DNA from: Tubiluchus corallicola
Taxonomy: Eukaryota > Animalia > Priapulida
Length of the DNA: 64,000 bases
Assembly (NCBI GenBank): GCA_030141605.1
Contig: JAQGDQ010002377.1
Coordinates: 62,001-126,000, forward strand
Direction: 5' to 3'
How positions within the stretch are numbered: position 1 is the stretch's first letter; each line of letters opens with the position of its first letter. The notes beneath the pieces were generated by a model, which saw only the letters and a list, made by a program, of their open reading frames with translations, did no database searches and was not told the origin of the DNA. Shown one piece after another: positions 24,501 through 39,500 of this stretch. A program made the translations under genes and the position numbers.

Positions 24501-27500
24501 TGATGATGTGGAACTAGCTTACTCCTAAATAAACTTTTTTCAATATTATCAATTTGCCTCTGCTGGAATTTATATTAGATTTAAAATAGTGTGTTAGTAG
24601 CTGTTGTTTATCCTCGTGGAATGCAAAATGCTAACTTAACAAGACGAAATTCAAATTAAACAAATAATCATAAAGTCCAACTGGGTTTTAATTGAATGTG
24701 TTTTTTATTATTCAGTGACTGTATGAGAAAGTGGTAATTATTCTAGCATTATGGCTGGACAGGGAATGCTCATTGGTTGCGACCACATACTTCATTTGTT
24801 ACACTAGTAGTTATACCATTTCAGGGTGATTCGTGCACCTGTGCCATGGCATGAATCATATCACGAGTCAAAGCTCTTAATGGAGATACATTTATTTGCT
24901 TCTAATGTAGTTATGCAAGAGTTACAGCGTTTATTTAATGAAAAGTAAGTAAAATAGTTTTAAGTATTGATTTTTCTTTATTATATAACAGCTTTAAATA
25001 TTGTTGCCTGCAGCCTAAACTGTTGTAATTTTAACCAAATATTGGAAACATGGTGACGAAATAGGTACCTTCTTATTTACTGTTTCATTCTTTAACGCAG
25101 TTGCTTATAATTACAGTCTAGTATCATTGAAATAAGCTATCTGACATATCTCTTGGTTTTTATGCAATTTCACAGTCAGATTTCACTAAATTTGACCATA
25201 GAGCATTTCAATCTTCTTAGCAGGTTGGGAAAATTATCAGTTTGCCATAACTAGTATTGATAACAGCATAGTTATTTTATTATTACTTGCAAACTAGAAA
25301 AGAAAGTAGAAGATTTTGCATACAAGTCCCGGTGAACTTAATTTAATGCTTTCATACTTTTGTGTGATTGAATAGTAATTAATAAACTGTACTTCTTGCT
25401 ATTGCTGGTGCCATCCTCACTCCTCAGCACTAAACTGTGAGGCTTGATTAATACAGCTGATAAAAATATACAAAAGACGATTAACAACCATATTAATAAA
25501 CAAATGATTTATTATCTGCATTATTTTTATTTAGGCTTTACAAGTTTTTGCTGATGCCAGCAATGTTGTTTTATATTGGTTTATTGTCAATCAAGTTTTT
25601 TGCAAGCTGTCAATAAAATAACCATGATGTACTGTTTGTCCATATGGCAATCTTATTTCTTCTAAACTTAAAGACTGCAAATGACGGATGTTTAATAATG
25701 TTACTATTTCATAGAGAAAGTGTGATAGTGTCATCTTACCAGAAAAATGCCATAAACTGATTTTGCATAATGATTACAATACAAGTTATTGTGATTTAAA
25801 TGCATTTGCATTTAAAATAAAGTAAACAATAGGTTTTGCAATTGTAGGTATATAAAATTGAGGTTCGTTAGTTGCAAACAACTAGAGGAGTCAGAATTAC
25901 CACTCCAACCAAGCAATTTTCAGAAGCTAATCGAATCCTATTGCAATGAAACTCGAACAAGGCTTCTAACGGAGTATGAGCTGTTATTTACGATAATCAC
26001 AGATATTTAAATAACAAATATTATTTAGGATATGTACAAAAGTTTTTTGTGTGTGGAATAATGCAGAATATGAGCTTTCTATCTCAAAGTTTAGCTTAAT
26101 TTGAGAATACTGTTGATGCCATAAATATCCCCCTACTGTCATGAGTACAGCTGGTGCTGTTGGATTGTGAGCTACAAGGGGGAAATCTCAGGCTGAATCA
26201 GTCATATTGACTGGTAGCATTGGTGCCAAGCTGTAAGACTGTCAACATTTGAGCAATTGAGCACTCATTGACCGATCACTAAACAGCTTATGAATTTAAG
26301 CACCTGAAATTGAGCGCTAGTTTACCAATCACTAAGTAGTATTATCTGAAATTGAGCACTCCGCTAGCCAGTGAAGTGTGGCGACACAAACTGCACTTTA
26401 TTTACGCTGTTGCTATAGGTACCTCTTTCCTTCCTCGTGTCTTTCTGACATAATAGGAGCATTTTTATAGTGTGTGAAAACAGTCGTAATTTTGACAAAC
26501 TTCGAAATTACTTTGAATTTTTTTGTGTCAAAAAGTATATCAGAGTTTTGTACAGTATGCACTCGGGTTTCTGCTTAGCATTACGGTAAGCCAGTGAACA
26601 TGTGACCAGAAGAAGACGCTAGTAGTTATACTACTATACAGAGTAAGATTACTACTCTATTTAAAATTCAAGTCTTAATTTAAGCATTTCAACTAACTGA
26701 CATTCCATTTAACTAGTCTAACTGAAAACTGATAACACAGCATACAAGAAGTTAAAAATGACAACATAAAAAGACACTATATTAAGACCAAAATCATGGC
26801 AAATTACACCCCCAACCCTGACACCTATCAGCATCAAATACAGTTAACAAATTCCCAAGCATTTTTTAAGGGTGTTCATATTATTTAAAATGTTAATGAC
26901 TACAAAAGTCTGGTATGTATCATGTAATGAAAAGTGTAATCATAATAACAGCACAATGAAAGTTAGTTAAAATTTCAAGTAAATAATAACACGAATGTTT
27001 AGTGAAAATAATAAATAAATGTTAATGTTACGACTTCACAAAAAATTGTTGCTTTGGTTTCTTTAAAAAACATTTTGTACTTAATACAATTGGCTTTAAG
27101 GTACAATACTTCAAGTTATAACACTTAAAGGTACAGTTCCATCCTGAAGTGCTTTGCGTAATGCAACAGTGGAGGCACCATGCTTAGTTAAGCAATCAGC
27201 TAGTAATCCTTTTCTGTGGAGGCACCATGCTTAGTTAAGCAATCAGCTAGTAATCCTTTTCTGTAAGCTGTCAGTTTAACTGTCTTGATTAAGGTATATG
27301 TTACTACTGCCATCAGATGAAAGACTAATGCCACAGTACTTAAAGGCATCACTATCCTCTTTGCCTACTTTGAATGCTGCATGGATCTTACTAATGATCA
27401 TGGATTCAAAATTTGTGGTTCCACCGCAAATAAAGCACAAGCTACTATGCCAGTCACCGTTTCAGCATTATTAGTCCAATTAAATACTGTAGGATTCATC

Positions 27501-30500
27501 TTTGACATAACTCCATTATACTTGTTCATAACAGCTTGGACTCTGCGATACCATTGTAATGATGAATTTGTGATACCATAAACACATTTATTGAGTTGTC
27601 GTAAAGTTCATTCACGGCTAGCTTCTTTTGGAGGTTTTATGTAGACATCCCTATCAATCATTTCTCATTGTAGAAAGCAGTTTTGATATCCACTGAAAAG
27701 CAGTTTTGATATCCATTGAGTTCATCTTCCATCTACAGAGTGCAAAAATTGCAATTATTACTCTCAGTGATTCATAAGCACAAGTAGAAGAGTCTCTTTG
27801 TATGTCTACATTAAACTCTTTAAATCCTCTCACTACTATTCTAGCTTTTGGCACTATTCCATCAGGTGTGGATTTTAACGTGCATTAACGTGGATCTTCA
27901 GTTGCTTTAACTTTAGTTTTTTCTTGTTTACTTATATCATATGTCACCACATATGTATTGGTTCTTGAAACATCACTGCTAAATCTAGTACAGTTCCAGC
28001 TTTCTTTAAAGAAGATTTGCTAAGTAACAGAGGAATGTCAGCTTTTACTACTTCGGCTGCAATCCTACAGCTCGTATTTCCAATTTTTGCCGATAAGTTC
28101 ACTGTTTTGTATGAGTGCATCATACCATCAAAGTTTTTATATGCGTCATAAGTACTATCCTTGCTCTCTTTTAAAAACACTCCATCCAATGTACTAAGAA
28201 GTGTCGTCATACCATCCACCTTATTTAAATTTTCAACTCTGATGCTTAAAGCCGCTTCTCTGGCCTTGCCAGTTAAGGTTAATGTCACCACTTAATGCTT
28301 GTTTCTTCGCCTCAAGTTCAGTTACTAACCGCCATATTTCCAATTTATTTTTTTGTGTGTGTCATATGCGTCCTTACTAAACTTCGTCAGATTTTTGTAG
28401 TTTCCTGCCTTCTTAAAAATTTATCAGTTATTTTTGGCAGCACTTATGTTGTCAGCTGAACTACTCTCTGCTGCCATGAAAACTGATAACACAGCATACA
28501 AAAAGTTAAAAATGACAACATAAAAAGACACTTTATTAAGACCAAAATCAGCCCCAACCAAGTGCTGACACCTATCGGCATCAAATACAATTAACATAAC
28601 TAACCTTCAAAAGAGCTCATGCAATAATTTGTTAATTATTGCAAGAACGGTTAACCCACTATTACTGTTGTTATCATTTTGTCCTACATTTCTGTTAGTA
28701 CTAGGCATTCTTAACTGGTTCCCAGCATGATTCTATGCTATATATTTGTGAATGAAGGAATCTGACAAAATGTCCATCGCCCAAAAACCACTAATACTAT
28801 TTTTTCTAACACCAACATTAATGTCACCATTTGTATCAGTATCAATATGCTTAGGAGCTGTCAAAACATGGACAACTCCTTTAGAATTGATTTTCCGTGT
28901 GTCTTATGCATCCTCACTAATCTTCAGTGGATTTTTGTAGTTTCCCGCCGCCTTAAAAATTTATTTAAGCGCTTTCGTAGTGATTTATTTAATCGAATCC
29001 ATATGCAACATCAGAATTAAAAATCGTTGATTTAAAAAAATGTGTAAACAATTGCAAACTGTTATATCTAAAACATGCGACCTGCTTTTAAAAAGGTAGT
29101 ACTTTGTGGTGTTTTTAGAGTCGCAAACTACCTCTACAACCTTGACTAAACTTCCATGCTACTAGTGTTGCACGATCCCATGAAAAGAAGTGCAGGCAAC
29201 AGCCACTCACAACATCAACACCAGACTCTGACATGTGGCAGAAGTTCTTGCTAAAAAGCAAATTCTAAAGGAAGGTGGTGATCCTGCCAACAGAGAGTGG
29301 GTGTTGAGCTGCATGAGAATTCATTTTGGCAAATATGAAGGCCACACATTCTTATGGCTTCTGCAGAATGATGCACTTTATGCTGTGTACGTGGTGAGCT
29401 AGCTCACAATTGATAGGTATACTAGGTAATGTGAATATAGGTTTTTATTTTAAATTAGCTATTCTACACTGTATTGATTTTGTAATTGCAATTATGTCAA
29501 TGCAGAATGATTGATTGTGTGCAGGTAAGTTTTGCAGTTCAAAAATTAATAAAATTTGGGATTTAGTATTTTTTGTTTTCATTACTACTATTTCATTAAA
29601 CTGGTGTGTTTCTTAACTTTTTCAAAGTGAGATGGCTTTTTATTTATTTTAGTTGTTAATAGAGAGATTTTTTGGAATATCAGGAATGACCAGTCTATTT
29701 CTCTTAGGTCGAAATGAAATCACGTAGGCCCAAGGAACCTGATGAACTTACAGCAAACAAAAATTGCTTGGAGGAATTCCTCAGACACTTTCCACTTGTG
29801 ATGGATGAAGTAGCAAAAAGTATAGGTAGATGGGGAGAAGAAGAAAGAAGTGAGTGACTAGTATTGACCTCATCCTTAGCTAGTGCTGTTTTTATAAGTG
29901 CTGGAATTTTTCCTCAGCTTCTTGTAACTTAGCACTGAAAAATACATCTTTATATAGGCAGTCACACATCATGAGGCTACAATAACCAAGGGTGTTGCAT
30001 TTGAGCCTGTGGTATGCAGGCCGTTTTCTGCTATTGGTGCTTCACTGCAGCCTGCAAATGAAACTTTTTCTTGACCTTAGAAGAAGTAGAAGCTCAAATT
30101 GGTAAATATAAAATTTATTATTATTACTATTGTCTGTTTAGTTTAAAGACCTGCATAAATTTTGGCAGCTAATTGCTATGTTGCTAACTCAACTAGCAAA
30201 TAACGTAACCAAAAATAGAGTAACCCAACTTCTAATTGGTAAGTTGCTATGTTATCTAAATTGCTAAGATACCAGCAACAAGGAGTTTACCTATTCCGGA
30301 AACCGCTGTTTCTTCAGTCAAGTGTGTTAACTGTTAAATTTTATGTTTCTGAGAGTATGAATTCTAAGAATCTGATTTCTGTCGTTTGAGTTAAATTTCC
30401 AAGGTTATTCAGAAACACAGCTAGTTAGCAAAAAATCACAACACTACATCCTCCAAAATTTGCTTTTTGTAGCATAACTGATGTAATAAACTTTTGTTGT

Positions 30501-33500
30501 GTATTAGTAATAACACCAGCATTATAAGCAAATTACATGATTAACTAGTAGCATACTGCCAAACTCATCAAATTATGTAAATTAATAATAGGTGGAACAT
30601 GTTACTGCATGTATAAACTTTGGCTTTTTTATCCCTGCTCTCTATAGACTTTTGCTTTTTGCAAGGTAGCAAATGAAATAAGTTTTATTAGGTGCTTTAA
30701 TTTCCATCCATTAAAATCGGTTATTTTCATGATCCAGTGATGCAAAGGCAACAGAGCTGATATTGCCAGAAGCTTGGGCCAATTATTTACCAGAATATAA
30801 CCACTAGTGGCTGCCCAAGGCTCTGTTTGAAGGTAACCTTTGAAAGACTTGTGAAGCTGTTTTAAAGAAGCAGCAGAATAGCCTTTGGTTCTACCTACCT
30901 CATCCAAACTAAGTTGGCAAGTGTTGGACATCCACGTCTATTGGACATTGGCACAGAGTGTCTTTGCTGCCAGGTAAACTAAGTTGTTTTATAATCCATT
31001 TGTAGGAACGATGGCCACAATTAATTTTGCAGCTTTACGGTAGCACTGATGTGAAATCATTTAAATCTACCATTCATCATAGCAAGCACTGACTAGGTTA
31101 AAATTTTGTCAACAACATAAAGAAAATGGGGCATTCGAATTTTTTTGGAGATGACAAAATTGATCTCACAACAAATTCTTTAGCCTGCGAACATTTTTAA
31201 GTGACATTTGCTACTCACAGTTTCAAGTGACAACTTACTGTGAATTGTTCTGGTGGGACTTGGAGGCTTATGGTGGAACTTATTAAGGTTAATGCCCTAA
31301 AATGAGGTGTATTGACTATGTTTAGCTACAGAGACAGCATCTCTGAATAAGGCTAACAACCAGAATGAGTAAAGTGAATAAAGCTGCTCAGAGCTAGTAT
31401 TTAACTCAATAGTCGCCCATCCATATACTGTCAAACCTGAGTATTGCTTAACTACTGCTGCCAAATGCACATTGCTGCTTTAAATGGTGTACAATTTATG
31501 TATACCTTGCTATTGATTATAGACTTCATGACTGTGATTCTTTGCAGGTTACTCACAAGCTAGCTGGTGCGGCTGCAGGTACGTCAGTGAGGTCGACTAA
31601 TGTTGGCAATGAGCATGGTGAGATCTTGATGTCAGTCCTGACAGGTGGAAAAAGGCTCATACTAGAAACAGTGTGTCAAGCGTTGTGGCTTGGTCAAGCG
31701 TTGTGAAGTTGCGCAAGCATTGCCACCATGCTTGCTATACGTTAATCGGGACTGCTTTTGGCTTGTAGCAGGCCTTCGTCATTCAAGAAACATTTTGCTG
31801 AATGGAAAGATCTTGAAATTAGACTCCACATTTGCCACTTAATGTGTCGCATTGCTTTGGCATGTAGTACAGAAAGCCACCTTTTATACAAGCTGTCTAT
31901 GAGCAAGTTTGCAACTTGTATATTTGAATGGGATAAGGAGGATGTTAACAACTTGAGAGAGGCTAAGCATTCAGAATTGAGGGCTGAAAAAGTTTTTGAG
32001 CTGTCAGATGAAGATATTTTCCATAAAATCACACCTAGTGGGTTACAACACCATTGTAGAAGGCAAACTAGATCTCCAGAATCATCAAGACTAACATCGA
32101 CAGCCTGATTACCGTGTTCGACTCGGAACACTAGGGAATACTTTTTGTAAACTCATTGAAAAATTATATTTGTCAATTAGTTATGTTCTTAGATTGACAT
32201 GTATACTTTAACCGTATTTTCCTTGAATAAATTTACAAATAACTGTGTGAGATTCACTGGTTTATTTTATCAGACTTAGACATTTTGCTGGTTAATGCAA
32301 TTTTCTGATGACTTTCAAGTCTAATTTGGGAGCATAACTCCTACAAGCAACATTACTAATTACTAATTTAATTTAGTATTGTTGTCCAAAATAAAGAATA
32401 TACATGTACTATAAATCAGTGGGCAACAAATAGAGTCAATCTTGTATAAACTATAAATAGCACTTTGATTTTATGTGAAAAACAAGTCAAAATTGTTATG
32501 TAATGATAAAAACACTTTGGGTTAATAATGCAATTAATCAACAACAAGAGTTAAATACATTTTGATTTGAGTTCAACTTTTTGTAATTTGTGAACTATCA
32601 TTGTATTCTTATATTTTTATATATATTTTTTGTTACTTTTTTACTAGTCCATGTTGTCTGCTGTGTGTTGTTGTAGCTTTTCGTAAAAATGTCTTGTTAA
32701 GAAAATTCGTATTGTTCTGGTACAGCATTCAAAAAAAAGTCAACAGCTGCTCAATTGCGCCAGGTGCGTCACATGGATGACATCCTTAGCGCACCTGGCA
32801 GACCACGCGAGTACTAATCCCAGGTCTCTGGTTCAAATCCCGACTGGTCCACAATTTTTCATCTCCTTTCTGCAACTCATTACTCACTATCAGTAATAAT
32901 TGGTAAAGTAAACTGCAGTTGTTTATAAACATGCTGACAATTACAAACATAATGTAATTTATCCGTTGAACATCTCTTATTCTTTTCTGTGAGTTAGTTT
33001 TGTGTGCAGTCATCAGGTGTAGTCCATCCACATGTTTTTTCATCTCAATAAACACTTATTTTTACTTTTACATTAACATTGGGATGACATATGAGAAAAA
33101 GTTAGAATACTGATAAATCAAAGTCTCACCCAAGAACAAATATTGTCCGTTGTCTTTTTAAGAAAATGTTTTATGAAGCATTAGCTGTCAGCCTATGATA
33201 TTTATGTGATGGGTTCAATGGCTCAGTGGATAGTAGTCGTACATTCTTGTCGTAGTAATCGTAGTCGTAGATAGTAGGAGGTGAGCATTCTCTACCAGAA
33301 AGCGAACTTCAATCAAATCAAATTTATGACTTTTGAATTCGAATCAAACAGTATTTCGAGATTTCCAGTCTGCACCGAATTCAAATTCAGCAATAAAGAT
33401 TTTAAAATAAATTTTCAAATCATTAATAAAAAGTGGTCTCAGAAAGAACATGCATGTTAGTTGTTTTTTACTCTACGGTAAAAACACTAATAATCTGTTT

Positions 33501-36500
33501 AAAAATTGGACACAGGGGTTTACAATTCCCCACACAAAAAAAATTAGTTCATGAAGTGGATCAGGGTTAGAGCTAGGGTTAGGGTTAGGGTTGGCTTAGC
33601 ATTAGGGACAGTGTTAGGGTATTTAAATTGTGTGGGGAATTTTAAACTCCTTCCATGCACAGAAATCACAGCTAAATTATACTGAATGTGTGCTGTTTCA
33701 AATGTTTTAAATGTAAACAACATATGTAGTTGAAGTGCTATTCAAATCCATAATTTTAGGTTCAAATTGAATTCGAACTAATTCAAATTCAATGCTCATC
33801 TCTACCATACGCAGCACATCTGGGTGGTATGTGGCAGTGTTAGGTTTACCTTAGCTGCATACCTCTTAGAAGGAGGTGTAGCTAAATCTCTTTATACTCT
33901 CTACTTTGGAACTGAAAAAATTGGCATTATAAGTTGTTTAGCATTATAACAAGGTGCATTAATACCTACATGTCTATGCAAATGCAGATGTTTTGTTTTG
34001 CTAATAATTTGGACATTAAGCAAGGTTGGCATTATAAAGGGGGTGTTATAAGGAGGTTTTACTGTATGTACAGTCTTAGAGTAGTTCGTCTTAGAGAGGA
34101 TATGCTTGCAAGTGAACTCAGTGATAGTCATGCTATAAACATCTCGTTGAGTAAGCCATGCCTTTGAATGCCGAATCCCAACTTGCACTGTGCCGAAGTA
34201 TTTAAACAAAGCATAACTGAGCGTCGTAAGCGATTCGTGACTAAACCTTTCTTATACATCATTTCAGGTGGATTCCTGACTGTGCAGAAATGTTTCGCAA
34301 ACTTGCTGATCGGTGGAGTGATTTGATTCCGCGTCGCAGAGGTGGATGCAGAGAGCTAGTTGAGGAGTTCTTCAGATGTGCAGATTCTCTCATGTCAATC
34401 CAACTAAGGTTTCTTTTGAACTGGTCATTGGAGGAATTTGTCCAGTTTCTTGACATGTATCAAGTAATGTTTGTTTTAATTAGTTAGTCAGTTAATTGGT
34501 GCAGTATGCTTTTTTGCTTGTATTCTATGGCAGATTATTACATTTTGAGCACAATATGATCTTATATTGTTCCTTAAGTTGTAACTTTGAGGTACTGGAA
34601 ACAGTCGTTTATAAAACAGAAACACTTAAATTATGTGATAACTGTCAACAACAAATATTTGCTTAAAAACACTTCAGTTTACAATTAACTTGCCTTCTTG
34701 CTTGTTTAATATTATGACAATTTACGAAAAGTGTCAAATAATGAGTCAAAATAATGCATTTTTTAAAGCATTTAATTTTCGGCGTTATAATATTGTGGAT
34801 TAGTGAAAGTAAGCAAGTAGTGAAAAATGTGTCCAGTCAGTGTACATCTACTTTGTATGCATCTACTTCACCTAATCTTAATTAGAGATCAGAAATTCAA
34901 GGCACACTTGCTATACATTTCCCATCAAACACAGAAATTCCATCAAACTCATTTAAATTTTTTTATTATATTAACATTCTTTGAGTTCCTAATGCACAGT
35001 ATGAGCATGCATAATGTTAATGTTGGTGAATATAGTTAGTTGTAAATACTGAACAATTTATGCTCACTATATTTTGTTTCGTTTTTTCCCTATCATCTTT
35101 TACTTTTTTAATTGCATGCTGTATTTTCTTACGTGACATACTGAATAAGTTTGCCTGGGAAACTGTGATATTTACAAAGCCTACTAAAGTTACATATTTA
35201 TATATATTTCTTATCCTGACATAATGTTCCACTCCATATTTCAATGCAGGGTGGGAATGATTTTGGGACAGAGTTTGATGAGTATGCATTCTTAGAGCGT
35301 TCACCACTAGAAGTAGATTTGGAGATCAAAGAGAGTGACATCTGCTTCATCCCTTCACTAGATGTTTGTCAAGAGTACATCAGAAGTTGCTTTCTGACTA
35401 TTATAAAAAGCGGCGAACACCTGCCAAGAGTAAGAGTTAGACTGTTAATAGCAGTGAGATTCTTCTTTTACCATAAAGTATTCACCAAACTTTTATTTCT
35501 CCTTAAAAGTGTTATTTGCTTAAAAGTGTTTGTTGACAATCACATTTAATGTATATTTATAGTAACTATTCCTCGGTTCTTATAGAAGGTACATGATATA
35601 ATTACAACTTTAACTAAGTTCTGATGGTGCATTTGGATTTGGTCAATAATTAGAGGCATTTCTAGGTAGAGCGACAATTATTTCCCGAAGTGAAGGATGA
35701 TGATACCTTGTGCTTAAAGCCAGTGACAATTAACGAGCTTGCTGTGCAAAATTTAATGGATCATGCACTGGAAGTTTTTGACAGAAATCGTCATGGACCA
35801 AAAAAGTATGTTCGTGGCTAGTAGGTTCGAGTTCAAATGTTCGAATCGAATTCCAACTTTCAAATTCGATTCGAACGAGTTTTTTGTCCGTTTGAATTCA
35901 TTTCGAACCTAAAATTGTAGATTCTAATAATTCAGTGCTTCAACCACATACGACATTTATCATTAAAAGGCTTGAAACATCATGTAATTAGTACAATTTA
36001 GCTGCAATTTCTGTGCATATTTTTTAAACAAATTGTTTGTGTTTTTACTGCAGATAAATCAAGCAATACGCATGATCTTTGCAAGACCGCTTTTTACTTG
36101 TTGTTCGAAAACTTGATCGTAAATCTTTGAAACTCAATTCAAGTTCGATTCGAATTCGAATGTCACAAGTTTGATTCGATTCACCTTCTGGTAGAGAATG
36201 CTCACCCTTTGTTACTAGCAGTTCAATAACTCACCTATTGTTACAGGTGTTAAGCGAACTCATGCTTTTATTTGGCAAGCTGTTTCTTGGTTTGTTTGAT
36301 GCTTAAAGTAGCAGTTGTTCAGCTTTGTTTGTTACAAAGATGATTTTTAGCTGAAACAATGCAAAGAATTTCTTCATATGCTCTCTAAATACAGATGATC
36401 AGAATTGCTCGTGTAACTTAATATTTTTGTTTGGTTTTACATGTCATTTTTGGCAGTAGTCCTAGTTCACTGCAGAAATATGCTTCCCTTCTTGTAAAAC

Positions 36501-39500
36501 TGAACTACTAACTTTCCTTTGATGTAAAAAGCAACTATTACATGCTGAAAAATCTACTTATTTTGTTCTGCTATAGAAGCTATGATTTTTTTCTTTAATC
36601 AAATTTTACTATTTACATTTACATTGCATAAACATAGTTAGTGAAAGTATGGAAGAGGAATGAAGACTTACGGTGTAAATATAAAAATTAGCAAGCAAAA
36701 ATTACGAAAATGATGAAGAAATGTTTTCAATCAAGGAAAGTAAAAAGAAGAAAAATGAAACTAGAGAAATTAATAAATTATTAAAAAGGAAAGGCGATGA
36801 TAAGAAAAGAGAGGAAGGTAAGTGATCATTTAAGTAAAGTTCTGATAGTAAGAGAATAATTAATCGATGAAATAATATATAATAAAAAACAAGAAGAATA
36901 CAGAATACATATTGAAGAAAATTTCCATAAAATAAGAAGTGGAATGGGCATTGGTGCAAATGCATTCTGAGAATTTATAAAAAAGAGTGGATAAAAGTAT
37001 AAAAGAGAATATAGTGACAATGAATAATGATCAAGGTGAAACAGTCCAATTACCAAAAGGTATATTTACAAAGTATCATAAAGATGATTAGGTGCAGAAT
37101 CTGAAATGGAGAAAGAAATTGAAGCAAGGGTTAATACAGTTATACGCCAATTACAAATAGTAGGTAAGGAACTTGAAACACAATTATTAAAAGAACAAGA
37201 AATTAAAAAGGAAATAAAAAATTAAAGAATGAAAAAACTGACAGATCAAGGAGGCTGGAAAAATAAAATGTTGATAATGACGGGTGAGGGACTAATTAGA
37301 AGCCTTACGTGCATGTTTAGAAGAATACAAGTGACTAAAGGAATACCAGAGGATTGGAAAAAATGAAAATAAAATCAATGTATAAAGCAGGAGGGTTAAA
37401 AAAAGATATGGAAAAGAGAAGAGGGATTTTTTACACGTGTGATTGCAAATTATAATAAATAGGAATTTTGGAATTTTTCAAAATCAAGTGTGTATATTAC
37501 AAAATGGAGGAAAAAACGTAAAAGCACATCAGAAAATTTGCTCACATTAAGGGCAATAATTGATTATAATAGGATGCTGAATAATGATTTATTTTTATGC
37601 ACTCATTATTGGCGAATGATATGATATGAGCAAATGTAATAACTGAAACCCCGATAGGAATAACAGAAGACGTCAAAATATTGGAATCAGTGAGGCAAGG
37701 CACTCCAGTTCAATCAAAATTGTGTTCGATTACACTTAATGATATAATAAATAATAAAAATTTCCTGCTAAGTACATGTATAAGCCCTAATTTGACTATT
37801 GGGGCCATGTTATTCATAGATGATGTGATAGCTGTAGGGTCTAAACAAACATTAAGGAAAGAAATAGTAGATTCTGAAGTATTGAAAAACATCAAGAAGC
37901 TAACTTTCAGCTTGAAGAAAACTAAATTCACTAGGAAAAAATAATGAAGAAATAGGAGGTAAATTATGGAATAATTCAGAGGACAGAGCAGTATAAAAAG
38001 TCAGGTGACTGGTTAAATGCAAAATGTAACTATGAATTATTACTCGAAAAAAGAATAGAAAAGGCAAAATATATGATGAGAAATACTGGAGAATTGGCAA
38101 TGAGGTAATACAGCAATGGATATAAGATTACTTATCCCATCAGTGTTGAACAATTGTGAAACATGGACGAATATTAAAACGATGAATGGAAGAGTTTGGA
38201 AAAAATAGAAAAAGAGATGTTGAGAAGAACTGTGAATCAAAAAATTAGCACTCCGTAATGGGGCATGTTAGCAGAAACAGGTTCATGTCCTATGCAAAAA
38301 CGGATTGACCATAAAAAGGCCATATTTTATTATTCATTGATGAACTCAGATGTTCAGATGTAAACAGATTAGCAAAACACGTAGTAAGTGAGCAAGAAAA
38401 AGAGTATATAAATATGTATTATTGGTATTCAGAAATAAGTGAGCTCACTATTAAATATGGAATGAAAGATAGTATCGAGCATATAAAAAATGGAGAAATT
38501 AAAAAAATCAACGTGGAAAAGAGAAATGAAAAAGCTATAAACCAAGAAATATTAAAAGAACACAAAGATAAAGTACAGACAAAATTAAGGTTTTTTGATG
38601 GTGAAATATATGAGAAATAACAATATATCAAAAAATGTGGTCTTGTAGATATTGTAAATATAATGGAAATTAAGTTAAATATGAAGGAATTGAAATTCAA
38701 TTGCAAAAGAAATAAAATGAAAGATTTATTATGTCCTAAGTGCAAGATTCAGGCTGGTACAACAAAACATGAAGCAACAGAAGTTGTGAAAAATTGGAAA
38801 GAATAATAAATAAGTATAATGTAAGGATAGAGACTATTAAAACAACAGAAATAGAGAACCTTCAACGATTAGTAAGAGCATTTAGAGAAATTATGGAATC
38901 AAGAGAAAGTATGTAGCTGCTACAAGGAAATGTAATAAATAGGAAGGGGGACACCTCTATGCAGAACGAGGAATGACCACATAATGATGTCAGAAGAAAA
39001 TGATCTGCTCTTGCACACTTAGGTTGTGCTCATCTTGCAAAAGGTGAAGAGGAGCCAGTGAACTGCTGAATATTGATATATGGTCCCTTTATATTGTACA
39101 GCAGTAGTATCTCATAATGGCAGGGCTACTTTCTCCATTTTCCTTGATGAGAAAATAAAAAACAGGATGTGTCATTTGTAGTATTAACACACGTGTCATT
39201 GCATCAGCTGTATGCTAATAAACATGTCACATGGCTTTTATTCAGACACAGTATCTGCAATGTTTCGACATAGTTAAGGTCATATTCATGCAACAATCCA
39301 CCTAAATAAGAATACAGTATAAAATTACAAAAATCAATATTTTGACGAGCAAAAAACAAGACAAATTCTATATTGCTTACTTGTATATCGTGTGATATAA
39401 CACCACAATGCAGAAAAATATAAAGTTAGGTTACTCAAAGTAACCTGTAAATAATACTGTAAACAAACAGCTACTAGGACCAGTTTGCAATAATTTTAGT

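Noticed and set aside
32778-32852. Functional tRNA gene
   Set aside because: A and B boxes are present, but the acceptor and anticodon stems do not pair, and downstream sequence is shared with other dispersed copies, so it is a SINE head.
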